Assembly: GCF_000372725.1 (NCBI RefSeq)
Contig: NW_005202428.1
Location: 377,669-418,192, forward strand
Source: Emiliania huxleyi CCMP1516
Taxonomy: Eukaryota
Direction of reading: 5' to 3'
DNA length: 40,524 bases
The notes under the pieces: generated by a model
What the model was told of the DNA's origin: nothing
What the model saw: the letters and a program-made list of their open reading frames with translations, nothing else
The model's database searches: none
In this document: piece by piece, positions 1 through 10,666 of the stretch
Layout of the letters: every line of letters starts with the position of its first letter
How positions within the stretch are numbered: position 1 is the first letter of the stretch
Made by a program: the position numbers and the translations under genes

Positions 1-90
1 CGGCGGCGGGAGGGCAGCAGGACGCCCGCCCGTGCAAGGCTCGTGGCGAGGGGCAGAGGCGGCGAGGGCGGCGAGGGCGGCGGTCGGGGC

Positions 91-403
91 TCTCCTCGAT
101 CGACGCCACGTCGCGGTTCAGCTCCTCCACCAGCACGACCCACTGCGGCGGCACGCAGTACGAGCGCGCGTCCTCGACGCTGTCAATCTCGTCGCTGTGG
201 GAGGAGAGCAGGTTCTTCTGCGCCCGGAAGTCGCGCGTCTGCGAAAGCGTGAGGCTGCGCGACGCAGTCTTGTGCGAGCGCAAACTGTCGCGGTACTTGA
301 CAAAGATATGCGTTCGCGAGCGGGTGGGCAGCGCGTTGATGCGCTGGCGGTCGGCTGGCTTGAGCAGCTGCGGGCCGTGCGCAGCCGATGAGGAGGAGGC
401 CAT
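91..403 (-). CDS. STX16: Syntaxin-16/SYP4/Tlg2-type Qa-SNARE, first exon (gene continues off the left edge)
   Basis: Manual translation from ATG at 403 gives MASSSSAAHG...LPTRSRTHIFVKYRDSLRS...YCVPPQWVVLVEELNRDVASIEE. This matches the syntaxin-16 N-peptide (TRxRTxxFxKYR) and the PPxWVxxxEE motif. The exon end near 91 is approximate (probable non-GT donor). Not in the ORF track because no stop falls inside the window. Confidence 0.8.
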
Positions 404-1022
404 TCAGCGGTCTGGCTCTCGGCGCGAGGCGTGGGGCCGGCGGCGGCGGTCGGCGGGCTGGAGAGGCTATGGAAGGCGCCGCTTCAGACCTGAAAAAGAA
501 TTCGGTCGCCCGAGGCGGGGAGTCTCCCCCGCTGGTCTCCTCCTTCCCGTTTTTCCTTTTTCTTTTGAGAGCAGAACGCCGGGTTTCTCTTATATGTTCT
601 TCTATGTGCGTGTCGGGGGTATGTCAGAAGGGTCGGTGAGGGGCAGCGGAGGGCAGGGACGCGCAAGGCCCGAGGCTCAACCATTCGTCGGCTCGTCAGG
701 GTTGGATAAGGGGAAGGGGAGTCTGGGCAGTCGGCGAGGGGGTCGTAGCCAACAGTGCGTACGGGGTAGCCACCACTTTCCTGCCTCACAAGGGCGGGGC
801 TGTCCCGGAAAGTGAGAGACGCCGGGCAGCGTGGTGCATGACTTCAACCTCCCATTGGCATACGTATTTTCGTTCGCTCCTCCCTCGGGCTGTTCCATCT
901 TCCCATCTCCTTCCAGCTCAGGCGAGGCGGGGGGGGGGGCGCGGGTGCGGGGTGCGGTGCGGTGTGAGTGTGTGTGCATGTCGCAGCAGATTTTTAGAAG
1001 CCAACAAGAAATAGAAACTCTC

Positions 1023-1025
<3 letters not shown>

Positions 1026-1058
<33 letters not shown>
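1026..1058. repeat. (GA)n microsatellite
   Basis: Direct reading of the sequence. Confidence 0.95.
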
Positions 1059-1064
<6 letters not shown>

Positions 1065-1860
1065 TTTGTGTGCTCTTGCATGTCGTGTGACCCCCCCCAA
1101 TGAACACACCAGTGAGGGAGGGCGAGACGATCGAGGGGTCCCGTACCATGCGGAACCGACCCTATCCAGTGCTCAAGTGCTCAAGTGGCTTCAGCAAATG
1201 TCCATCCGTCTGTGTTCTTATTAACAACGAAGGCGCTCTCAAAAAAAGAATTTAAAAGAATTCAAAAATAGTCTCACGCACACCAGTCACCACACAGGTT
1301 CTCCCACCCCTCGTTTGGTTTATTTATTTTCTTCGCGGCCTGCGCCGGAGAGTTGGCGGTCGTGCGCTGGGTGGTGATCGTCATCTGTCTGCTCTGCTGT
1401 GCTTCTCGCTCGTGCGTCCTTGGACTTGTGCTGACCTCCTTTCACCTCCTGCTCTCCTATGCCACGTGGCTGTGTGTGTTTGGGTTTCTATGTTTGCGAT
1501 TTCCGATTTGGATTTTGGATTTTCCATTGCACTTTGTTTATTTATTTATTTATTAGCACACAGGTTCGACACAGGTACCAAAAGAGGCACAGCCGGCGAC
1601 GGAGGACCTTTAGAAGGCGCCGTCGTCCTCTGTCCTCATAAGGGTGGCGGGGCACGATCGCGGATCGGCGGGGGGATACGAGTCGTAACGGTCGAATCCG
1701 CGAGCACCGTAGTGAAAAGACCAAAAGAAGAAAACTGAATCTCACGACACTGCTCACTGCACACTGGGCACGGGACTGGCGCGTAAAAATAATTGGAGCA
1801 CTAGCTCCCTCCAGCTTGAAAAAGAATTTTAAAGCGCGCCGTGCAAGTCATGTACAACAA

Positions 1861-2467
1861 TCATCCTCTCCTCACCACCGAGTTCCCCAAAGCGTCGAGC
1901 TCCTCCTCCTCCTCCTCCTCCTCCTCTCCCTCCTCGCCCCCTTCACTCTCGTCGGACGACGGCGGCAGGTCCCGGAACGCGTGGTTGGTGTTGGTGTGCA
2001 GCGCCTCGCTGCCGTACTCGTCGGCGGCAGCCGCGCCGTCGCCGTCAGCAAACGCGCTCGGCCAGAGCGACCGGCTCTGCAGGTGGCGGATTTGGTCGCG
2101 ATACAGGTAGTGGACGAGCGTCGCCTGCACCTTGCCCACCTCCCTCCCCTCCGCCTCCTCATCCGCCTCGCGCTCGACGATGAGGTAGCCTCCTGCAGGG
2201 GCGAGGGCAGCGGCAGGGTCACGCGGCAAGAGAGACGCGAGACGCGGCGAGAGAGGCCTCTCATGACGGGTCGGCGTACGCACCGATCCTGATCCAGATG
2301 ACATTGCGGAACTTTGACGGCACTCGCGCGAGAAACGTGCGGCTCGCCTCGTCGGTGACCTGCACGAGGTTGCCGCCGGGCGTGCCAGTGACGCGCACGA
2401 TCTCTTGGGACTCGGTCGGCTCTGGCAGCTCGCTCAGGACGCTCTCCACCTTTCGTCCGCGGCCCAT
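1861..2467 (-). CDS. EIF1AD: eIF1A-domain RNA-binding protein EIF1AD; 2 exons (2467-2284, 2192-1861)
   Basis: Exon 1 reads EIVRVTGTPGGNLVQV...FLARVPSKFRNVIWIRIG. A GT-AG intron (2283-2193) joins it to GYLIV...KVQATLVHYLYRDQIRHLQSRSLWPSAF and an acidic tail containing DLPPSSDES, the typical EIF1AD layout. Confidence 0.9.
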
Positions 2468-2603
2468 GGCGTGCCTCTGGTGCGGCAGCGGAGTGGGACT
2501 GCGACTCGGAGCGCGCGTCGTGCCAAAAAGAATTTGTATTCGGGGTACAGGACGGAGGCGACGGCTAGCGCATCACACACCTCTCCTTAAAATCCCTGTG
2601 TGG

Positions 2604-3209
2604 NNNNNNNNNNNNNNNNNNNNNNNNNNNNNNNNNNNNNNNNNNNNNNNNNNNNNNNNNNNNNNNNNNNNNNNNNNNNNNNNNNNNNNNNNNNNNNNNN
2701 NNNNNNNNNNNNNNNNNNNNNNNNNNNNNNNNNNNNNNNNNNNNNNNNNNNNNNNNNNNNNNNNNNNNNNNNNNNNNNNNNNNNNNNNNNNNNNNNNNNN
2801 NNNNNNNNNNNNNNNNNNNNNNNNNNNNNNNNNNNNNNNNNNNNNNNNNNNNNNNNNNNNNNNNNNNNNNNNNNNNNNNNNNNNNNNNNNNNNNNNNNNN
2901 NNNNNNNNNNNNNNNNNNNNNNNNNNNNNNNNNNNNNNNNNNNNNNNNNNNNNNNNNNNNNNNNNNNNNNNNNNNNNNNNNNNNNNNNNNNNNNNNNNNN
3001 NNNNNNNNNNNNNNNNNNNNNNNNNNNNNNNNNNNNNNNNNNNNNNNNNNNNNNNNNNNNNNNNNNNNNNNNNNNNNNNNNNNNNNNNNNNNNNNNNNNN
3101 NNNNNNNNNNNNNNNNNNNNNNNNNNNNNNNNNNNNNNNNNNNNNNNNNNNNNNNNNNNNNNNNNNNNNNNNNNNNNNNNNNNNNNNNNNNNNNNNNNNN
3201 NNNNNNNNN
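2604..3209. other. Assembly gap (N run)
   Basis: Run of N. Confidence 1.
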
Positions 3210-3242
3210 TCGCGGGAGAAGGGGCACACATCGGCCGTCGCG

Positions 3243-3296
3243 GAAAACACGCCTGCGTGGATCGCGTTACACCAATCCTCGCTACCCAACGCGGCC
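3243..3296 (+). repeat. Dispersed repeat copy A (second copy at about 11409-11462)
   Basis: gaaaacacgcctgcgtggatcgcgt(t/c)acaccaatcctcgctacccaacgcggcc occurs at both loci with one mismatch. Confidence 0.9.
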
Positions 3297-3672
3297 GCGA
3301 GAAAAGCGCCGGTGTTCCCTCGAATGTTTCACTCCACAAACAACCCTCTCTCTCGATTCCATGGAAGAGTTTGCCAGAAGGAAAAAGTTTGGTGAAGATC
3401 GAGTGCGATTGTTTTCCAACCGAAGCTCAATGAAGAGCCCCTCCTGCTCTGTCACGTCGCTCTCCTCTGCACACACACACACAACGTCTTGCGCGCGCGT
3501 GAACAGGGCTCCAGGCCCCAAATGACGTGTGAGTGTTAGAGTTGTTTGGTATTGTCCATGCTGCAAGCGCGAGCCGGCCGACGCCCCCAGCACACGGACA
3601 GCCCGTGCCGTTAAAGGCCCTCTTATTTTGTTTTTTGGGTACTACTACACACGGCACACGCCCTTGTGACCG

Positions 3673-4560
3673 GTGCTGCTGCGACTCGAAAGCTGCATGC
3701 CCTCCGCCTCTGTCACCGCCAGAGGGTACTCGCCGACCGCCCGCACGTACGCGACCGCCGCCCTCAGCGGCCAGCTACACGACGTCCTTGGCGACGCCGC
3801 GATGGTTAACCCTCGGTCAAAGCATGCTACAAGACACAAATTCCTACTCAAACGTTTGATCAAATGCCTCCGCTCGGCGTGGGGCATGGTCATCGAGATG
3901 GAGCCGACTGCACACCTCAGTTACAGTAATCCAAAACAACCTGACGTGGCGGCGGCAAACATCGGCAGGGGGCACAGGCGCCTTGTTGCCGATTTGAAGC
4001 TCACGAGCTCGCTTGCGAGCAAGGGCAAGGACGCGGCCGGCGACGGAGAGCTCGGCTGGAAGGGGGCGTATGTTCGCTTCGGCAACACGGAGCCCGGGAT
4101 GCTCAAGTTGGTCAAAGGGCGCGGCAAGTGGTCTCCGTCGGGAGCGACGGCAGCGGCGGTGGCGGGGGAGGAGGAGGAGGCCGAGGAGGAGGTGGGGGGG
4201 GGGGAGGATGCGGATGCCCCCAAGGGAAAGCTCCAGCAGCTGCCTGGCGATTACCGCTTTGCGCGGGAGCAGGATTGCGATCTGCGCTTGTTCGACTTCG
4301 AGAGCTTCGGAGGCTTTGGAAAGGAGGTCCGCAGCACCCTGAGGGAGGCGGCGAACCAGCTGAGCAACAAACTCTCGCATGCTCAGCACCTGGACGAGGT
4401 CACATGGACCACCAAGAACTGGCACGGGCTGCAGATGCAGCGCTTGTCTGTCGTCCTCCACACCGCCGTGGCGTGGCAGACGGTGAACGAGCTAGCGTGC
4501 GGGGAGAGCGGCATTGTGCACGGTGCGGAATGCATTGCCGTTCTTAACGGAGTCGCTTAG
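3673..4560 (+). mobile_element. Restriction-like (PD-(D/E)xK) endonuclease ORF of non-LTR retrotransposon type (CRE/R2-like C-terminus); no RT present
   Basis: Motif order is RH (KHATRHK), E (EMEP), PD (KQPDV), D (ADLKLT), Y, ESFGGFG, QRLSVVL, the canonical REL-domain tail. The upstream zinc-knuckle region (DVLGD) is degenerate. Confidence 0.7.
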
Positions 4561-4689
4561 GCGGCTCCGGTGGTGAGCCGGTGTGTGTGCCAGTCCGCGC
4601 CAGTCCGCGCCCTTGTCGTGCCAGTGTGCTGTGAGAGAGGCTTGTATCTTAAGAATTCTGTGAACGAGTTGCACTCGAGTATACGGCGC

Positions 4690-4734
4690 CTGGACAGATG
4701 ATGACGACACGCACGAGCGACACACAGACACAAA
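4690..4734 (+). repeat. Dispersed repeat B (inverted copy at about 22860-22900)
   Basis: ctggacagatgatgacgacacg(cacg)agcgacacacagacacaaa is the reverse complement of 22860-22900 apart from a 4-nt indel. Confidence 0.85.
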
Positions 4735-5361
4735 CAGGCTCACAAGACACACCTGCTGTCCAGTGTTTTTCTGTGAACGATTTCTACTCGAGTCCGATCC
4801 CTACGGCGCCTGGCTGGGTTGTGCACGTCAGACTCAGGTTGCGACTCTCCCGGCGCCCCCCGCGATGCAGCGCGTGTTGGCCTTGCGCGAGCGTGCCCGG
4901 CCGCTTCGCCCCCCATCCCATGCGCTGCAGCGCGCTCGTGCCGTGCCCGCCGTGCTGCGAACGCCCCGCCCCGCGCGCGGCTCGCTCCAAGGCTCGAGCG
5001 ACATGAATGTGGTGCACACCCGGATTGCGGGCAGAGCGACGGCCCAGCGCGCAGCCGCGAATCGCCTCCATGCCTACTGCGCCCCCTCGACGCCCGAAGC
5101 GAGTCCGCGCCATACTCCTCCCATTTGCGATGCTGACGCTCGCCCGCCGTCACCTGCGCGCTCTGAAAACAAGGTGGGACGAGGGGAGCCGCCGCGGCTT
5201 CTTGCAGTTGGGCCTCAAGCTACGTACGCTGCGAGTAGGTGCGGCGCCCTTGAGCCCCCCCCCCCCCCCCCCCCCCCCTCGACCCCCCCTCTCAAAGAGG
5301 AACTCAGCCCACTACCACTCGCCATCCACCCCTCGCAGGTACGAGTCGACTCGATCAACAT

Positions 5362-5532
5362 CCAGTAACCAGCAGCAGCCAGCAGCAGCAGGACTCCGCA
5401 CAGCAACCAGTCATAATAGTACTGCTCTGCACAGTCTAGTAACCAGTAATAGTAGGAGTGCTCTGCACAGTCTCCAGTCCCCAGTCATAATAGTAGTGCT
5501 CTGCACAGTCTCCAGTAACCAGCAGCAGCAGT
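5362..5532 (+). repeat. Degenerate tandem repeat (cagtaaccagcagcagc and agtcataatagta..gctctgcacagtct units)
   Basis: gctctgcacagtct occurs 3 times, ccagtaaccagcagcagc twice and agtcataatagta twice. Confidence 0.85.
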
Positions 5533-5539
5533 CTATCAC

Positions 5540-8500
5540 ATGAACCCGTCACACAGCCTTCTCCATGAGCTGCATCTATCGACTCTCTTTGGCGTGCATA
5601 CCCCCCCGCGCTGCAGGAACTCGATCAATATGCTCGACAAGCTCAAACTCGAGCTCGTGCCGGCCGCCGGTGACCAGCTCGTGCTCAAGCTCTCTCCTCC
5701 GCCGCCGCCGCTTGCTGACAAGCAGGCGTGTGCTTTCGCGCACGTGCAATGCGCTCCCACCTGCAAGACTTATCCTCTGGCCTTCTGGCTGACACAGGCG
5801 TCGCTGGCGGGCAACATGACCGTCAACGCTGCCGGAGGCGAGGCCGCTGGCATATATCCCGCGTCGCTCGATGACGTCATCGGCAACGGCAATGACGTCC
5901 CGTCCGAGTCGGCGCCGACGGCTCCTGTCGGCATCACGTCGCTGTCGCCTTCGCTCCTCGGAGCCGAGGTGAGTGTGCGCACGCCAGGATTGTCATCATC
6001 TCTACGGCCTCCCTGTCTCCGCACACTTGCGTGTTCTCCCCTCACCCAGGCGTGCGGCATCAAGTCCGCCGCCGCCGAGGAGTTGCCGCCAAGCGCCGCC
6101 GTCGAGGAGGACCCCGAGTCGGCCACCGCGGAGGCGACCGCCGAGGAGGCCGCCACCGAGAAGGCGACCACCGAGGAGGCCGCCGCCAAGTCCGCCGCCA
6201 CCGAGAAAGCCGACGCCACCGAGGAGTCTGCCACCGAGGAGGCCGCCAAGTCCGCCGCCGCCGAGGTGTCCGCCGCCGCGGAGGCAGTCGCCGAGGAGGC
6301 GCCCGTCGCCGAGGGGGCCGTCGCCAAGGAGGCTGCAAAGGAGGTCGAGAAGCCGGCCAAGACCGTTTCCAACCCGCCCGACCCAGCGGTGAGCGCGCCG
6401 CAGCATTCTCTCCGGCCACTCCTCGCTCTCCCACCGGTAATAATCTCCCTTCCCGTGTGCCCCTATCGCGCTTTGCAGGACACCGCCTGCTACCCGGGCC
6501 TGCCCACGCCGACGGCGGTGGGGGAGAGCGAGCCTGCGCCGGCCCGCAGCTCCGGACCGGGCTACGTGGGCGGCGTCGAGGCCGAAGTCCGCCGGCTGGG
6601 CGAGAGCGTCGTCTACGAGGCTACGCCCGCCGACGGCAAGAAGTCGCCGTCGCCGAGAGTCCCCACCTCCGGCGGCATTGCGCCCGTGGCGTCCAAGCCC
6701 CTTGGCGCGCCGGTCGCGGGCGCGGGGCAGGCCGACGCCGCGTCACGCGAGTACTATCTCGCCGTGCGCGACAAGGCGATGGCCGCGATCTTGCTCACCA
6801 AGATACAGCGGGCGAAGCTGGACGCCGAGCGGTCGGCGTGCGGGTGCAAGTGCCGGCGCAAGGCCATGCGCTGCCGCAACAATCCCACGTTTGGCAAGGG
6901 CAGGCGCAAGTCTGGCAAGGCAAAGGGCCGCGGCCGCGGCTCGCACCGGCGACCGAAGCCGCGCGGCGGGCCGCAGGATATGTCTGCTCCTTGCAAGTCG
7001 CCGGACCGGCGCCGCGAGCCGCAGCCGCCCGCGTCCGGCAAGGCGCCATTCGCCGCTGGCACGTGCGGCGCCGGCGGTCGCGCCGGCCTCAAGGCGGCGG
7101 CCGATTGCGTGCAGGGCGGCTACACGAAGGCCGAGGGCGCCTTCCGGTGGCTGCTCCTCGTCTGCATGCCCGCCTTTGGCCACTGCGCGTCCGCCGTGCC
7201 TAGCCCGACGGCGGTGGCCTCGGCCTTCTCGTCTGCCGTCGCCTCGGCGTCCTCGGCCTTCTCATCCGGCGTCGCCTCGGCGGCGTCCTCGGCCTTCTCG
7301 CCCGCCGTCGCCTCCAAGGCGTCCTCGCTCGTGAGCTGCTCGCCGCTTCTCGTGCCCGCCCTCGTGCTCATCCTCCTCGCCATCGCTTGCGGCGCCTCCT
7401 GGCCGACCGCGGCGAGCGGAAAGGGGGCTCGGCGCGGCGTGGCGTGGGCCGTCTGCCTCACCGCCGCCATCGCGTGCCTCCCTGGCGCAGCAGCGGCTCC
7501 CGCGGAATCCTCCGCGTCGAGCACCACCTTCTCATACCACCACCGAGGAGTCCGCCGCCGCGGCCACCACCACTGCCGACCTGAAATCTCTGGCGCGGGC
7601 TGCGGCACGCAATTTGAGCAGCGGCCTCGTGGCGCAGGTGAGTTGATGTACGGGCCACCAAAGGATCGGCAGCGCTACACGTTTGGCACGGCCATTAATG
7701 TGAGCGCGACGCGTGGAGCCGGCCATCTTTCGCACAGCGCGTTGCAGGACTTTGCCCGACGGTATGCGTCGACGTATTCGAGCGCGGATCCGTACAAGCA
7801 CATTGTGATCGACAATCTCGTGCCCGAGGCGTTGGCACATGCTTGCATGAAGGAGCTTCAGGCGAAGCACCACTTGCCATCTTCCTCCGCATCTGGCGAC
7901 TCCAGTTTCTGGAAATCGCGGAGCACTCCAATGGGCGCGAAGCGAGGCCGTGGTGGCTACCCAGAAAACACGCAGGCCGAGGTGTTTGGGCCTAGCACTG
8001 TGAGACTCTTCGATTTCTTCCAGTCGAGGCGCTTCATTGCCTTCCTCGAAACACTGACCGGCATCCGCAATTTGACGGCCGATAGCCGAATGTTTGGAGG
8101 TGGCCCCTTCTCGATTGTTAACGGCGGTTTCCTCTCGCTGCACACCGACTTCAACAAGCACCAGACCTGCCAAAATGGGATTTCGCCCATTCCCACCTAC
8201 GGTGAGCCAAAACCTGGCTGCACGGTGGTCACACCAGGCTGGCGACGCCTAAATTTGCTAATGTACCTGAACGAGGGCTGGCGCGAGGAGTGGGGAGGCT
8301 CCTTTGAGTTGTGGGAGACCGACCCGCGCTACTCGTTCCTTCAATATTCAAAAAAAGTTCTGCCTGAGCTCAATCGGATCGCCATCTTCTCGGTTACTGA
8401 CGTCTCCATTCACGGCCATCTCGACCCGGTCAACCACCCGCACGGCGAGGCCCGAAAGTCGCTCTCATTCTACTATTACACCCCCACGATCGACGACGAG

Positions 8501-8608
8501 CCCCTGATTACACCGTTGCTTCACGAGTCCGTCTACATGCCCGGCCACGCAGCCCTCCGCTCAGTGGAACGATGGCGCACAATGGTGCCTAAGCATACCG
8601 TCCGCTAA
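5540..8608 (+). CDS. Multi-module protein: Ala/Glu-rich N-region, hydrophobic segments, C-terminal 2OG-Fe(II) oxygenase (prolyl-hydroxylase-like)
   Basis: The C-terminus has HTD...RRLNLLMYLN..W..EWGGSFELW...PELNRIAIF...HGH...RKSLSFYYY, giving the HxD...H triad and the 2OG-binding R. Three probable in-frame introns: 5726-5797 (GC-AG), 5969-6049 and 6389-6478 (GT-AG). Confidence 0.75.
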   Translation: MNPSHSLLHELHLSTLFGVHTPPRCRNSINMLDKLKLELVPAAGDQLVLKLSPPPPPLADKQACAFAHVQCAPTCKTYPLAFWLTQASLAGNMTVNAAGGEAAGIYPASLDDVIGNGNDVPSESAPTAPVGITSLSPSLLGAEVSVRTPGLSSSLRPPCLRTLACSPLTQACGIKSAAAEELPPSAAVEEDPESATAEATAEEAATEKATTEEAAAKSAATEKADATEESATEEAAKSAAAEVSAAAEAVAEEAPVAEGAVAKEAAKEVEKPAKTVSNPPDPAVSAPQHSLRPLLALPPVIISLPVCPYRALQDTACYPGLPTPTAVGESEPAPARSSGPGYVGGVEAEVRRLGESVVYEATPADGKKSPSPRVPTSGGIAPVASKPLGAPVAGAGQADAASREYYLAVRDKAMAAILLTKIQRAKLDAERSACGCKCRRKAMRCRNNPTFGKGRRKSGKAKGRGRGSHRRPKPRGGPQDMSAPCKSPDRRREPQPPASGKAPFAAGTCGAGGRAGLKAAADCVQGGYTKAEGAFRWLLLVCMPAFGHCASAVPSPTAVASAFSSAVASASSAFSSGVASAASSAFSPAVASKASSLVSCSPLLVPALVLILLAIACGASWPTAASGKGARRGVAWAVCLTAAIACLPGAAAAPAESSASSTTFSYHHRGVRRRGHHHCRPEISGAGCGTQFEQRPRGAGELMYGPPKDRQRYTFGTAINVSATRGAGHLSHSALQDFARRYASTYSSADPYKHIVIDNLVPEALAHACMKELQAKHHLPSSSASGDSSFWKSRSTPMGAKRGRGGYPENTQAEVFGPSTVRLFDFFQSRRFIAFLETLTGIRNLTADSRMFGGGPFSIVNGGFLSLHTDFNKHQTCQNGISPIPTYGEPKPGCTVVTPGWRRLNLLMYLNEGWREEWGGSFELWETDPRYSFLQYSKKVLPELNRIAIFSVTDVSIHGHLDPVNHPHGEARKSLSFYYYTPTIDDEPLITPLLHESVYMPGHAALRSVERWRTMVPKHTVR

Positions 8609-9404
8609 GACTGCCCTCGCGCGCGCTAGGGGGGGGGGGGGGGCAACCCCCCTTGGCAGGAGCCTCCTCTCAACTGGGGCGGAGGGGAAAGATTCACGCG
8701 AGATTCTCTGTACCCAAGCTTCCCTACATATGTGTATTTGTACTCTTTGCTGGCGGCGACCGCTTAATTAGTGGGTGCTCTACGTTTGAGTATGGAGCAG
8801 CTCTGGCGCGCAAACTCTCAGTCTCCACGCATCACGGATGCGACACGCCGAGCTGCCTATTCAGACCTTTGCGTCAGAAAGCTCTACGCATGGTGCTCGC
8901 TGTGAGCCATGCACGCATTTGCGCGCCTTGTCGTAGATCAGTTCCGCAAGTTGCGGCGGCAGCTTGTGACGAGGGACTGTATCCTTAAGATACGCGCGCA
9001 CGGGCGTGGGTGGGTAAAAAGCCGCCACCCTCGCCTCACCCTCGCCCCCCTCCCCCCCCCGCCCAGCCGTTTTCCCGCCGCCCAATGCTCCGCCGTTCGC
9101 TGCGGTGGTCTGCCGTCGTGCCGCCGTTCCTTACCGTGCCGCTCCTTCCTCCGTGCCGCGCCGCCCTTGCCGTTTAGCCCGCCGTCCCCCCTGCCGCCCG
9201 TTACCGCCGTGCCGCCGTACCGCCGCTCCTACAGTGCCGCGCCCGCCGTGCCGTTCTCCCCTTTCTCCCAGTAAGCTAAAAGTACACTGAGAAAACGGGC
9301 CACTTTGCGGGGTTTGCGGTACGTCCTCCTCGATCTCGCGACACCTTCGCCGTTCGGCCTTCTCGCCGCCGCCGTCGCCGCCAGAGTCCGGCGGTGGCCC
9401 GTCA

Positions 9405-9725
9405 ATGGTGATGACGAGCTTCGACGACAACAACGATGGCGTCATTGACGCGAAAGAAGCTGTCGACGTCGCCGAGGACATTGCCAAGAAGACGGCGGCG
9501 GAGCGGGAGGCCCAAAAGGAGGCCACAAGGGAGCGCAAGATCTCTCAGGTCTTTCGGAGGTTTGCGATGGTGCTGGTGCTCGCGCTGCTAGCCTCGGTCG
9601 GCATCAATGCGGGCCTGACAGCAGCGGTCGTCTATGCTGTTAAGGACACCGAGGTTGACGGCGTCCTGCTTGTCTCGTCCGACACCGGCGACGTGCTCAA
9701 GGTGGGCAGCGCCGAGTTTGGCACC
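9405..9725 (+). pseudogene. 5' fragment of an EF-hand plus transmembrane protein
   Basis: EF-hand loop DDNNDGVIDAKE, a coiled segment and a hydrophobic helix (AMVLVLALLASVGINAGLTAAVVYAV). The sequence switches to unrelated coding DNA after about 9720. Confidence 0.55.
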
Positions 9726-9739
9726 AGACCCTTTGTCGC

Positions 9740-10000
9740 TCCAGACGAGGAGTTGCGGCCAACAGGGCAGCACGAATGGTGTTTGAGGAGCGCTCAAACG
9801 ATCCACACTACATGCCACATCTTTCGCTCATTTATGGGGACCTGAGCCCCGAGCTGAAGCGTGCGCACTTGCCCCAGCTTGCGGCTCAGATCAGACAGCG
9901 AGTTCCGACCTCATTCCTGGTCGATTGCATTGAGGTGTGGAGTACGCAGGGGCCTGTGGAGGGTTGGTACCTTGTGGACACTATACCACTGCAGGGCTGA
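9740..10000 (+). pseudogene. 3' fragment of a 2H-family cyclic nucleotide phosphodiesterase (CPDase-like)
   Basis: YMPHLSLIYGDL is the second HxS motif of CPDases, and the tail IEVWSTQGPVEGWYLVDTIPL fits. The N-terminal HxT half is absent. Confidence 0.65.
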
Positions 10001-10340
10001 GTGCGAGATGAGCCTCGTATTGACAGCGCGTTCGTCTCTTCTGCACTCCCTAACCCTGCCGCTCTGCGCTCTGGTCTCGCGTAATGGGGGTGTGGGTGCG
10101 GGAGAGCTCGCAGATCCCGGAATCTGCGATGTGGTTCGGAGCGCAGAGCCTCTGGCACATTCGATGGCCGGTTCGGTCGTTGGATGCGAGTGTTGCCACA
10201 GCCCTATATCCCTAAAGAAACCTTGCCCCACTCTCGTGTGTGACGTGTTGTGTCTAGAGAGTCTAGCGACATGTCTAGCGAGTAGCGTATTGTGCGGACG
10301 AGGAGGAGCCGTGGACGAACAAGGTAGCAGCAGCTCCCGC

Positions 10341-10414
10341 GATCAAGGAATGACCGAGCGTTGCCGTTGGATCAAGGAATGACCGAGCGTTGCCGATCAA
10401 GGAATGACCGAGCG
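10341..10414 (+). repeat. Tandem repeat gatcaaggaatgaccgagcg(ttgcc) x3
   Basis: Direct reading; the units are separated by only a few nt. Confidence 0.9.
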
Positions 10415-10666
10415 CGTGTGTGTGTGTGGTGGACGTGCGATGTTGATGCACCCTCATGTTCACTCATTACACAATTAGGGCATTTCTCCTATGACCTATG
10501 AGCTATGTCTCACTCCCCCAGTAGCGCGTGTTGTACCTACAAGCCATTCGTCTGGCTGTGCTACGCCCATTTTGCGAGCCAGCGGGCCCGCCACCCCCAC
10601 AGAGGTCGTGTTGGTGTCGGTTGACGCGCAATAAACATCAGTGTACACCGAGACTGCACACTTAAG

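Noticed and set aside
2298..3433. Long ORFs spanning the N gap
   Set aside because: They are artefacts of translating through Ns.
8612..8632. Helitron 3' end (GC palindrome plus CTAG)
   Set aside because: The spacing is wrong, it is followed by poly-G rather than T, and no matching 5' end was found.
10341..10414. Three 20-nt direct repeats as a mini-CRISPR
   Set aside because: The spacers are only 5-9 nt and nearly identical, the context is eukaryotic, and no cas genes are present.
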